Shown one piece after another: positions 43,803-53,047 of a DNA stretch of 64,000 nucleotides; position 1 is the first letter of the stretch; every line of letters starts with the position of its first letter. The notes under the pieces are model-generated. The model was not told the origin of the DNA and made no database searches. It was given only the letters and a program-made list of their open reading frames with translations. A program made the position numbers and the translations under genes. The DNA comes from Clostridia bacterium (GTDB taxonomy: Bacteria; Bacillota; Clostridia; JAAYHZ01). Location: positions 1-64,000 of the forward strand of contig JBMNIH010000009.1 of the NCBI GenBank assembly GCA_050950825.1, given 5' to 3'.

Positions 43803-44120
43803 CAAATGGGGGCGTTGCCCCCTTTGGAAACCCCCACAAGAAAAGGCGGTACGCTACCCCTCCACGGGGCGCATAGCCGGTTTCCCATTTCGAGACGGCT
43901 TGAAAGGATACGCCCAATCTTTCGGCAAGCTGCTCCTGCGTTAAATCCGTCTTTTTTCGCAGTTCTTTTATTTTCTTTCCCAAACGATCCATAATTCTTT
44001 CTCCTTATCGTTGATTTTGCTTGCAAGCTACTTCCATTATAATCCTTGATAAAGTTTTATCCATATAACCGTATTTGAATTCTATTCAACCGCGGTTCGA
44101 ATAATGGTATTTGCCGATAT

Positions 44121-44153
44121 AAAAAACAGGCGGCCTTTGAAGACCGCCTGTTA
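44121..44153 (-). terminator. Terminator after glycerate kinase
   Basis: AAAAAACAGGCGG...CCGCCTGTT. Confidence 0.75.
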
Positions 44154-44172
44154 TGCTTAAATTCTTTTAGCT

Positions 44173-45312
44173 TTATTTACCTATAGTATTTTTTATGAAT
44201 CTTATCAAATTGTCCATTGTCAAATAAAGGTCCTTTTGGGCTCGCAATTTTGCTTGCGGGAAATCAACGGCAACGCGGTTGATGCTGAATACGGCCGATA
44301 CCCCCGTTTCGTATACCGGGTCAATATCGTCACCGATATCGCCGACAATGGCGATTACGGGAACATGAGCGAGTTTTGCACGCTTGGCAACACCGATCAC
44401 AACTTTCCCTCGCAGCGTTTGCGAATCGATTTTTCCTTCTCCCGTGAACACAAAATCCGCATCTTTTACAAGGCTATCGAATTGAACGGTATCCAACACC
44501 GTTTCAATCCCCATTTGAAGCCTTGAGCCGAAGAATACATGCATACCGTAGCCCATGCCGCCTGCCGCTCCTGCTCCGGGCATGCTCTCGGATTCGATTC
44601 CTATATCCCTTTTTACGATTTCGGATACATGACGCAACCCTTTGTCCAATTCTTCGACCATGGAGGGGTCCGCTCCTTTTTGAGGTCCGAAAATATGGGC
44701 AGCGCCGTTCGTACCGAATAAGGGATTGTTGATATCACACATAGTCGTAATGGATACATCTTTAAGTAGGGGATTTAATGTTTTTGCATCGATAGCGGCA
44801 ATGTCTTTTAGTGTTCCGCCCGTGGGAACGAATGACTTTCGATTCCGGTCGAAAAATACAACACCACAGGCGGCTGCCGCACCGGTTCCGGCATCATTGG
44901 TAGCGCTTCCGCCGAGACCTACAATGACATGCTTCGCTCCCTTTTTTACGGCATCTAAAATCAATTGTCCTACGCCGTAGGTGGTTGTCAAGGAGGGATT
45001 TTTTTTGTCACCCACCAAGGGTAGACCTGCGCAAGCCGCCATTTCAATGACGGCGGTTTTTCCATCGTCCAGCATTCCGTAAAAGGCATCCATATCTTCG
45101 AAGTAAGGACCTTTGACCGTGGTATATACTTTCGTTCCTCCTGCCGCTTGTAAAAAAGCATCCACACTTCCTTCTCCGCCGTCCGCCACGGGGATTTTTT
45201 GAATTTCAGCGGAAGGATAATACTTTTTGACGGCTTCTTCCATGATGTCACATATTAAGGATGAACTCATCGTCCCTTTAAAAGAATCGGGAATAAGGAT
45301 TACTTTTCTCAT
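44173..45312 (-). CDS. glxK: Glycerate kinase (GlxK/GarK family)
   Basis: PDSFKGTMSS, PVADGGEG, GLGGSATNDAG, PGAGAAGGMG, TGEGKIDSQT. Confidence 0.93.
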   Translation of the reverse strand: MRKVILIPDSFKGTMSSSLICDIMEEAVKKYYPSAEIQKIPVADGGEGSVDAFLQAAGGTKVYTTVKGPYFEDMDAFYGMLDDGKTAVIEMAACAGLPLVGDKKNPSLTTTYGVGQLILDAVKKGAKHVIVGLGGSATNDAGTGAAAACGVVFFDRNRKSFVPTGGTLKDIAAIDAKTLNPLLKDVSITTMCDINNPLFGTNGAAHIFGPQKGADPSMVEELDKGLRHVSEIVKRDIGIESESMPGAGAAGGMGYGMHVFFGSRLQMGIETVLDTVQFDSLVKDADFVFTGEGKIDSQTLRGKVVIGVAKRAKLAHVPVIAIVGDIGDDIDPVYETGVSAVFSINRVAVDFPQAKLRAQKDLYLTMDNLIRFIKNTIGK

Positions 45313-45382
45313 CGGCAGCCTCCTGTTATCCGTATATCTACGGTTTTTATTTCATTATACCTTATATCTCATTGCACCGAAA

Positions 45383-46741
45383 CTACCTTAAAATCAAATA
45401 GGCGATATAAACGCCGATGATGGATGCCAGACCGACCACGAGAGTTCCTAATGTTTGAGTCTTGTAGCCGTCCTGTGTTTTCATGGAACCGAAGTTGGTA
45501 ACAACCCAGAAATAGCTGTCGTTTGCATGGGATACGGTCATAGCACCCGCTCCGATGGCAATTACCGTTAAAGCGCCTAGCATTGGCGTATTGAATCCCA
45601 TGGTTGCCATTAAGGGAGCCATGATACCGGCTGTGGTGGTGATGGCGACCGTAGAGGATCCTTGGGCGGATTTTAATATGGCTGCCAATATAAAGGGGAA
45701 GAAGATACCGATGGTAGCCAGTACGGTTGAATTTTCGGTGATATAGGGGACGATGTTTGTTGAGGCAATGACCTTTCCTAAAACCCCGCCTGCCGCCGTT
45801 ACGAACAAGATGGGACCGGTAACCTTTAACGTTTCGTTCGTAAGGTCATAAAAATCGGCTCCTTTTTTGGTGCTAAACAAAAGCGCTATGGATAAAATCG
45901 CACCTACCGCCAAAGCGATAATGGGAGTACCTAAGAAGGCGATAAGAGAAACGGACAAACCGGCCATGGAAAACGCGGAAGAAATGGCCATTAAAAGAAT
46001 GGGAACAACGATGGGAGCGAAAGAGGCCCAAGCATTCGGCAATTTTCCATAAGATGCAACCAACTCCTCGTAGGTTTTTTCAACACTGCCTTCTACGACG
46101 ATGTCGGCTTCGTCATTGGCTTTGACTTTCTTGCCGATAAACAAGGAGAAGAAGTAAGCGGCAATCAGACTGGGGATCGACAGAATGATACCCAAGACGA
46201 TAACCAACAGTAAGTTTTCACCGTATCCCAATGTATTCGCCGCCGCAATGGGACCCGGCGTCGGAGGGATAAAGCAGTGGGATATATACAAGCCTAAAGA
46301 CAAACACATGGTCATGGCAACGGAAGAGACCTTTGTACGTTTTACAAGAGCTTTGCGTATGGGGTTTAAGATGACAAATCCGCTGTCACAGAAGACCGGG
46401 ATGGAAACAATCCAACCCATAATGAGCATAGCCAGCTGAGGATTCTTTTTGCCCACCAAACGTACGACGCAGTCGGACATTTTTAATGCGGCACCGGTTT
46501 TTTCAAGCAACGTACCGACCAAGGCACCGAATATGATGACAATTCCGATGCTTGAGAAGGTTCCGCTGAATCCGGCTCCGATTACTCCGGGTATATCTTT
46601 TAAAGGAATGCCGGCGATGATGGCAAAGAGAAGAGATATACCCATTATGGACAAGAAGGGATGGACTCTAAACTTGGAAATCGCTAGAATCATGACAATG
46701 ATCGCCACTACGAAAACGATGATAAGTGATAGACCTGACAT
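45383..46741 (-). CDS. GntP family (sugar-acid/glycerate) permease
   Basis: HPFL, SIPVFCDSGF, PPTPGP, AQGSSTVA, SHANDSYFW; multiple TM segments. Confidence 0.92.
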   Translation of the reverse strand: MSGLSLIIVFVVAIIVMILAISKFRVHPFLSIMGISLLFAIIAGIPLKDIPGVIGAGFSGTFSSIGIVIIFGALVGTLLEKTGAALKMSDCVVRLVGKKNPQLAMLIMGWIVSIPVFCDSGFVILNPIRKALVKRTKVSSVAMTMCLSLGLYISHCFIPPTPGPIAAANTLGYGENLLLVIVLGIILSIPSLIAAYFFSLFIGKKVKANDEADIVVEGSVEKTYEELVASYGKLPNAWASFAPIVVPILLMAISSAFSMAGLSVSLIAFLGTPIIALAVGAILSIALLFSTKKGADFYDLTNETLKVTGPILFVTAAGGVLGKVIASTNIVPYITENSTVLATIGIFFPFILAAILKSAQGSSTVAITTTAGIMAPLMATMGFNTPMLGALTVIAIGAGAMTVSHANDSYFWVVTNFGSMKTQDGYKTQTLGTLVVGLASIIGVYIAYLILR

Positions 46742-46974
46742 AAACTCCACCTCTCATTTCTTGAAAATCTATGGATTTACTTTAATATTAACATTAAATA
46801 GCTAAAATATTAATATCTAAAAAATATAATTATTTAAGTATGTTTAGAACTTTTTTAGCACCAAAAACATCTTTCAAGCCGTCTGTTCCCAAAAACAGAA
46901 TTATGGTACAATCTTCGTTATGAACGGATTAAACGAAAATCAATCACCTATCGTTTTTTTCAAGGAGTAAAAAT

Positions 46975-48147
46975 ATGGACTATAGAAAAGAATCGTTAAA
47001 GCTGCACCGGGAATGGAAGGGTAAAATCGAAGTTATTGCTTCCGTACCGGTTCGAAACAAAGAAGAATTGTCTCTCGCGTATACCCCCGGAGTCGCCGAG
47101 CCTTGTCTTGCCATAAAGGAAAACACCGATCTTTCCTATGAATTGACCAGAAGATGGAATTTGGTAGCCGTTGTAACCGACGGAACGGCGGTTTTAGGGT
47201 TAGGAGATATCGGTCCGGAAGCCGGTATGCCGGTGATGGAAGGAAAGTGCGTGTTATTTAAAAAGTTTGCGGATGTAGACGCTTTCCCTCTTTGCATTCG
47301 TTCGAAGGACGTCAACGAAATCGTTCAGACCGTAAAGCTGATATCCGGCAGCTTCGGTGGTATCAATTTGGAAGACATATCTGCACCTCGCTGCTTCGAA
47401 ATTGAAAGGCGGTTAAAAGAAGAATGTGACATACCGATTTTCCATGACGATCAGCACGGCACGGCGATTGTGACGTTGGCCGCATTGACTAACGCCATGA
47501 AATTGACGAACAAGAAGCCGGAAGAAATCGAAATCGTTATCAACGGAGCGGGGGCGGCAGGGATCGCCATCGCGAAGCTTTTGCTTGTGGCGGGATATGA
47601 GAACATTATCCTTTGTAACAGGCAAGGAGCCGTTTACGAAGGAAAAGAGAATCTGAACCCGGAAGTGGAAAAGATTGCGAAAATTACGAATCGAAAGCAT
47701 AAAAAGGGTTCCTTGAAGGACGTTATCGTAGGAGCCGACGTTTTCATCGGGGTATCCGCGGCAGGTCTTGTAACACCGGAAATGGTTCGATCCATGGCCA
47801 AAGATCCTATACTGTTTGCCATGGCAAATCCGGTACCGGAGATCATGCCGGATTTGGCACTGGAGGCCGGTGCCATGATTATGGGAACCGGGAGATCGGA
47901 TTTTCCGAATCAAATCAACAACGTTTTGGCTTTTCCGGGTGTTTTCCGAGGCGCTTTGGATGTTCGTGCAAAAGATATCAACGACGAGATGAAAATGGCC
48001 GCCGCCTATGCCATTGCATCCATTATTTCGGATCATGAGCTTCGACCGGATTACATCATTCCCGCACCCTTTGACGAAAGGGTTGTACAAAAGGTAGCCC
48101 GGGCGGTTGCGGAAGCGGCAATAAAAACGGGCGTGAACAGAATATAG
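46975..48147 (+). CDS. NAD(P)-dependent malic enzyme
   Basis: [51 protein letters not shown]. Confidence 0.95.
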   Translation: MDYRKESLKLHREWKGKIEVIASVPVRNKEELSLAYTPGVAEPCLAIKENTDLSYELTRRWNLVAVVTDGTAVLGLGDIGPEAGMPVMEGKCVLFKKFADVDAFPLCIRSKDVNEIVQTVKLISGSFGGINLEDISAPRCFEIERRLKEECDIPIFHDDQHGTAIVTLAALTNAMKLTNKKPEEIEIVINGAGAAGIAIAKLLLVAGYENIILCNRQGAVYEGKENLNPEVEKIAKITNRKHKKGSLKDVIVGADVFIGVSAAGLVTPEMVRSMAKDPILFAMANPVPEIMPDLALEAGAMIMGTGRSDFPNQINNVLAFPGVFRGALDVRAKDINDEMKMAAAYAIASIISDHELRPDYIIPAPFDERVVQKVARAVAEAAIKTGVNRI

Positions 48148-48160
48148 AAAGGGCGAAGGA

Positions 48161-49420
48161 ATGGATATCGATTTATTGTTAAAAAATGATAAAGTCTGCG
48201 GCTGCGGAAAACGGCATACGGTGGATATCGAAAAAACGATTATTGAATCCGGTGCCGTCGATAAATTGTATGAGCTGACCGAGGAATACGAACGTGTTCT
48301 ATTGGTTTCCGACAGCCATACCTACAAGGCCTGCGGGGAGCAGGTGAAAGATCTTCTCGGGGATAAAATAGAAACGAATCTCGTTTTTGAATGCGAAGGA
48401 TTCTTAGTACCGGACGAAAAGGCCGTGGAGGTTTTAAGATCAAAAATATCTTCCGACACGGATTTAGTCATCGGTGTCGGGTCCGGAGTAATAAACGATT
48501 TATGCAAGTACGTAAGCTTTCTTTCGGATCTTCCGTATTTTATCGTGGCGACCGCCCCTTCCATGGACGGATACGCTTCCACGGGTGCCGCCATGATTTT
48601 TAAAAATATGAAGGTGACCTTTCATGCAAGGGTGCCGAAAGCCATTATTGCCGACACGAAGGTATTAAAAAATGCGCCTTCGGATTTGATCAAGGCGGGC
48701 TACGGCGATATTATCGGCAAATATTCGGCTTTGAACGATTGGAAATTGGGACATGTTGTCCTGAACGAATACTTTTGCAGCGAGGTATACGATTTGGTCA
48801 TGGAGACGACGGAGAAAACCGTTAGCCTTGCGGCGGGATTAAAGGATCGAAAGGAAGATAGCATCGAAACCTTGATGGAAGCGTTGGTGATTACGGGAAT
48901 TGCCATGAGTTATGTGGGAAATTCCAGACCGGCTTCCGGAAGCGAACATCATTTTTCCCACTTTTTCGAAGTTGTCGGGCTGTTGAATAACGAACCGTAT
49001 CTTTTGCACGGCATTGACGTCGCTTTCTCCGCCGTTGAAACACAAAAAATTCGGGAGAAGCTACTAAACATATCAAAACCTTCAAAATTTCGAATATTCG
49101 ACAGAAACTTGTGGGAAGAGAATATTAAACGTGTTTACGGAAAAGGAGCCGCGGAAATCATTGCCCTGCAGGATAAAATCGGTCGGTACGAACAAAGCTT
49201 AAACGAGATTTATATATCCAAATGGGAAGAGATAAAAAGCGTTTTAGAAGAAGCTCCGAAAAGTGAGCAAATCAAAGGGCTTTTGGAGGATGCGGGTCTG
49301 AACTATGAAGATTTTCTTAATATATACGGTAAAGAAAAATTAGCGGATGCCTATCTATATGCAAAGGATTGCAAGGACCGATATACCGTCTTATGGCCCT
49401 ACTATTCCATACTCGGATAA
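48161..49420 (+). CDS. sn-glycerol-1-phosphate dehydrogenase (AraM/EgsA-like)
   Basis: CGCGKRH N-terminus, GVGSGVINDLCK, TAPSMDGYAS, SRPASGSEHH.SH, HG. Confidence 0.88.
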   Translation: MDIDLLLKNDKVCGCGKRHTVDIEKTIIESGAVDKLYELTEEYERVLLVSDSHTYKACGEQVKDLLGDKIETNLVFECEGFLVPDEKAVEVLRSKISSDTDLVIGVGSGVINDLCKYVSFLSDLPYFIVATAPSMDGYASTGAAMIFKNMKVTFHARVPKAIIADTKVLKNAPSDLIKAGYGDIIGKYSALNDWKLGHVVLNEYFCSEVYDLVMETTEKTVSLAAGLKDRKEDSIETLMEALVITGIAMSYVGNSRPASGSEHHFSHFFEVVGLLNNEPYLLHGIDVAFSAVETQKIREKLLNISKPSKFRIFDRNLWEENIKRVYGKGAAEIIALQDKIGRYEQSLNEIYISKWEEIKSVLEEAPKSEQIKGLLEDAGLNYEDFLNIYGKEKLADAYLYAKDCKDRYTVLWPYYSILG

Positions 49421-49427
49421 AAGGATA

Positions 49428-49465
49428 GACCCGTACTTTCCTTTCGGAGGGTACGGGCTTTTTTT
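49428..49465 (+). terminator. Terminator after the G1P dehydrogenase
   Basis: CCCGTAC...GTACGGG-CTTTTTTT. Confidence 0.75.
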
Positions 49466-49552
49466 ACGGAAAATATTAAGGATCATACCGAACCTTTCTT
49501 GTTATTCACCTACTTAGTAAGTAACAGAACACAATTTTTTGAGGTCGGAAGT

Positions 49553-51151
49553 ATGAAACGATTTTTTACGGAAGAATTGATCGAGACAACGTATTTATAC
49601 TGCTATAAACGGCTGAACGATTCGGAGGATGCCAAGGAATTGGCGCAAGATATTTTAACCGAAGCCTATGCTGCCGTTAAAACGGGCAGAAGGATTGATA
49701 GCTTCTACTCTTGGTATTGGCAATTGGCATACAACCGATACTGCCTTTATCTTAAGATGCGTTCAACGGGAGCCGTTTCTTTGGAAACGGCAGGCGGCGT
49801 CATTCCGGCGGAAACGGAGCCCTTTGACTCCATTGAAGATGACGAAGAAATTTCCGCTTTGAATTATGCCTTGTCTCGATTATCCAAAGCCTATCGTGAA
49901 ACCGTCGTTTTGTACTACCTCAAAGAACTGTCGATCAAGGAGATTGCAATTCGCTTAGGGTTACCGGAAGGTACCGTTAAGAGTCGATTGCATGATGCCA
50001 AATTACACGTTAAGGAAGGTGTCGAAAGGATGAACAGAATCGGACAATTGTCGTATGCTCCCGTCGATCTTCAATTGTTTGGCGGGTATTCCGCACCCCG
50101 ATATTGGGACTCCGTAAATGATTTGATGACGAAGCAAATTTTTTCGGTATGTGCTAAGGAACCGAAAAGCATAAGGGAAATCGCCGATGAAATCGGTGTA
50201 GCCCCGGTGTATTTCGAAGAAAAGATGGAGTATCTGTTGAAGAATAAGTTTATCAAGGAAAAGACCAAAGGCACATACGTAACGGATTTTGTGATACTCC
50301 CCAAGCAAGCATGGGTAGATTTTCAATATGAGTGTTCTTGTATCTATGAATCCTTTGGAAAGGAGATTACCGAAGCGATTCGTTCCGTTGAAAAAACGAT
50401 CAGAGAACTGCCTTTTTACGGAAATGATATGGAGCTTTCCTACCTTCTATGGATCCTGTACGTCTATGCATGCACGGCTGCCGGAAGCAACATGATGAAG
50501 ATCCATAAGGAAAGCCTAAAGGAAAAGGTACCCGATTATAACGGAAAAGATTACCGCATCGCGGGTATCGTAACGTTGCCGAACGAAAACATTGTATATA
50601 AAAAGATAAAGACCGTGAGCCGGAGCAATCTTCACAACGATTTCCAAACCTCTCGATACCGAAAAGTAACACATGCGAATTTATTCCAAATAGAGCCTTT
50701 CCCTTCGAGAGACCAAATCATTTCCGAAAGAAATATCAATACGGTCATGAAGCTTTTCAATAATCCCTATGCGGCTTTAACCGATGTGGAGCAAGAACAG
50801 GCGGCAAAGCTGATTGAAAAGGGTTATCTTCAAAAGAAAGGAACCGGGCTATTTCTCACCATGCCGGTGATAGAATATAAAATAAAAAAGGAAATGGAGA
50901 GCATTTTCGAAAGAGTAACCGTCGATATGTCAAAAAAGTATGTACAATCGGTGACAAAGCTCGGAGATCGAATTTTGCTGCCTCATATAAGAGAGGATTT
51001 GTTCGAAGAATACGTTAATTTTATCCTGAGCATTTCCTTCTCTTCTATAAACCGTGTTTTCTACTACGGCATGTACGAAGGAAAAACTCCGGCCATACCC
51101 GAAGATTACAATCGTTCGGCGGCAGGAATTTGCTTGTACTATACGGAGTAA
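49553..51151 (+). CDS. ECF sigma-70 factor with ~370-aa C-terminal extension
   Basis: Region 2 DAKELAQDIL..FYSWYWQLAYN; region 4 LSIKEIAIRLGLPEGTVKSRLHDAK; second HTH-like segment KSIREIADEIGVAPVY. Confidence 0.85.
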   Translation: MKRFFTEELIETTYLYCYKRLNDSEDAKELAQDILTEAYAAVKTGRRIDSFYSWYWQLAYNRYCLYLKMRSTGAVSLETAGGVIPAETEPFDSIEDDEEISALNYALSRLSKAYRETVVLYYLKELSIKEIAIRLGLPEGTVKSRLHDAKLHVKEGVERMNRIGQLSYAPVDLQLFGGYSAPRYWDSVNDLMTKQIFSVCAKEPKSIREIADEIGVAPVYFEEKMEYLLKNKFIKEKTKGTYVTDFVILPKQAWVDFQYECSCIYESFGKEITEAIRSVEKTIRELPFYGNDMELSYLLWILYVYACTAAGSNMMKIHKESLKEKVPDYNGKDYRIAGIVTLPNENIVYKKIKTVSRSNLHNDFQTSRYRKVTHANLFQIEPFPSRDQIISERNINTVMKLFNNPYAALTDVEQEQAAKLIEKGYLQKKGTGLFLTMPVIEYKIKKEMESIFERVTVDMSKKYVQSVTKLGDRILLPHIREDLFEEYVNFILSISFSSINRVFYYGMYEGKTPAIPEDYNRSAAGICLYYTE

Positions 51152-51281
51152 AAAATTATCGAAAATGTTTTTAATAAATACCGTTGCGATTAAAGTCGTA
51201 ACGGTATTTCTATGGCTAAAAATTCAATTGTTTTATGATATAATCCAATTAAAGTGTGGAAAAGGAGCCAAATAGATTAAA

Positions 51282-52538
51282 GTGATTCAGCCTGTTCAAT
51301 CCGCCATCGGTAAGAAGACGGAATCCGTTTTTCAAGAAATAAAGAACATTTGGTTATGCTCGGAAGAACGTTTTCCGGAGTATTTGCCTGTCGTTTCCGA
51401 AGAAACACGCATGCGAAATTTACGGAGCATTCAAGAAAAAACATGTCTTTTCCGGAATCGGATTCGGCAATTTCCTCGTTTGCTTCTGAATAGAAACCGG
51501 TGGGCGCAAAAGGTTAACAAGGACATTCATGACATCTTACATAACGATGACGTTTGGGGGATTCGGCAGGTGATGTCAAAAGATAAAATCGATTTGTGGC
51601 AAGAAGAGCTGAAAGAATTTTTGCGACGGACCCGTATGCTTTTTCCCCGAATGTCCTTCGAAGAGATCGGTCAAGGGATACGCAATTACATGGTTTATGC
51701 CATGATTCGAGAGTTGTGCGATGTCTCCATGGAATTTAGCAAGGCGGCGTACGGCTACAGCATGCTTTATCCCGTGACGGATAACTTTTTGGACGGCAGC
51801 CGCTCCGTAGAAGACAAACTCGAATACAACCGCTTCATCAAAGACGTCATCGAAGGCAAAGGTCCGGCTCCGAAGAATTTTCATCAACAAAAGACAAAAG
51901 AGATGCTGGATTTTATCCGCTCGGAGTTTTTGCCCGAGCAGAACAAAGACCTTTATGATCTTTTGCTGATGATGCTGGATGCACAAAACACAAGCTTGAC
52001 ACAGCAAAACAAGCAAAAGAGCCTATCACCGGATGAACGGTTGAACATATCCATATACAAAGGCGGAATATCGGTGCTGTTCGACCGCTTCTTGGTAAAG
52101 AAGAAAATTGCGGAAAACGACCTTTTCTCCTATATCGGTTTAGGATTCTTCCTTCAGCTTTCCGACGACCTTCAGGATATCCAAGAAGACGGGAAGAGGG
52201 GACACCAAACGATTTTTACATACAATACCGATCCCGAATATATCGAGGGCTTGGTCAATAAAATGCTTCGGTATATTTTTTACGTCATGGAGCGCCTTCA
52301 AACCGTACACGAACCCTTTAAAGAATTTTTACTGCAAAACTGCTGCAATTTGGTTTATGCATCGGTTCTGATGAGCAAGGGCTTTTTCTCGGAAGCGTAT
52401 TTGAAAAGACTGGAATCCTTCATGCCGATTCCCGCCCCTTCCGTAGAAGCATACTTGGAAAATCGACTTGAGGAGTTGGACGAGAAGGAACAAAAACGTT
52501 ATCGAAAAATGCTTGATGCCATTATATTTTTAAAATAA
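51282..52538 (+). CDS. Class I isoprenoid-synthase-fold (DDxxD) protein
   Basis: Asp-rich motifs LYPVTDNFLD and FLQLSDDLQDIQED, KGG; helical composition. Confidence 0.6.
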   Translation: MIQPVQSAIGKKTESVFQEIKNIWLCSEERFPEYLPVVSEETRMRNLRSIQEKTCLFRNRIRQFPRLLLNRNRWAQKVNKDIHDILHNDDVWGIRQVMSKDKIDLWQEELKEFLRRTRMLFPRMSFEEIGQGIRNYMVYAMIRELCDVSMEFSKAAYGYSMLYPVTDNFLDGSRSVEDKLEYNRFIKDVIEGKGPAPKNFHQQKTKEMLDFIRSEFLPEQNKDLYDLLLMMLDAQNTSLTQQNKQKSLSPDERLNISIYKGGISVLFDRFLVKKKIAENDLFSYIGLGFFLQLSDDLQDIQEDGKRGHQTIFTYNTDPEYIEGLVNKMLRYIFYVMERLQTVHEPFKEFLLQNCCNLVYASVLMSKGFFSEAYLKRLESFMPIPAPSVEAYLENRLEELDEKEQKRYRKMLDAIIFLK

Positions 52539-52553
52539 TTCGGAGATAAGACT

Positions 52554-53021
52554 ATGAACGAATACATCAAATCGCTGCGCAAGAAAATAGGACACGACCT
52601 GATTATACAATGCGGCGCAAGCGTGATTGTACTGAACGAACAAAACGAAATATTGCTTCAGCTTCGAAAAGATAACTCGTGTTGGGGCTATGCAGGCGGC
52701 GCGGTGGAACCCAATGAACCGGTGGAAGAGGCCGCCAAAAGAGAATTGTACGAAGAAACGGGACTCATTGCAAACAAGCTGGAGCTTTTCGGTGTTTTTT
52801 CCGGTCCCGATCTTCATTACATTTACCCGAACGGAGACGAAGTGTCAAATGTGGATATCGTTTACTTGTGTAAGGATTATTCCGGCGAACTAAAGTGCCA
52901 AGATTCCGAGGTTTCGGATTTACGCTTTTTCCCTTTGGATCGATTGCCGGAGAATTTATCTCCGCCCGTAAGAAAAGCGATTCTTCGTTTTGCGGAAGAA
53001 TTTTTAACGAGAAATAAATAA
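52554..53021 (+). CDS. NUDIX hydrolase
   Basis: Nudix box GGAVEPNEPVEEAAKRELYEETGL; YPNGD. Confidence 0.92.
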   Translation: MNEYIKSLRKKIGHDLIIQCGASVIVLNEQNEILLQLRKDNSCWGYAGGAVEPNEPVEEAAKRELYEETGLIANKLELFGVFSGPDLHYIYPNGDEVSNVDIVYLCKDYSGELKCQDSEVSDLRFFPLDRLPENLSPPVRKAILRFAEEFLTRNK

Positions 53022-53047
53022 AGGACAATAAGAAGGAGGATAAGGGT

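Larger units (their letters stand above)
42364..43872. mobile_element. Non-autonomous resistance cassette (aadE + hairpins + MOBV-type oriT) inserted in the XRE gene
   Basis: Deleting it restores the host ORF; GC dinucleotide at both junctions (42362-42363 and 43871-43872); AT-rich gene with GC-rich flanks; no mobility gene inside. Confidence 0.85.
41365..43992 (-). pseudogene. XRE-family HTH regulator with helical (TPR-like) C-terminus, interrupted by a 1,509-bp insertion
   Basis: The 5' part from 43992 encodes MDRLGKKIKELRKKTDLTQEQLAERLGVSFQAVSKWETGY(A). The 3' part resumes at 42360 with LPDISMLPVLANFFNVTTDELLG. The joined product is 372 aa with canonical WExGxxxPD spacing. Confidence 0.9.

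Noticed and set aside
42361-43879. 5-bp direct repeat AGCCG (42361-42365 and 43875-43879) as a target-site duplication
   Set aside because: Collapsing on it puts the two XRE halves out of frame and breaks the WExGxxxPD spacing; the GC-core or no-duplication model restores the gene.
43300-43994. Several overlapping ORFs of 65-145 aa in the cassette's GC-rich part
   Set aside because: No RBS or recognisable motifs; explained by GC-rich palindromic DNA. Only the XRE N-terminus at 43992-43873 is credible.
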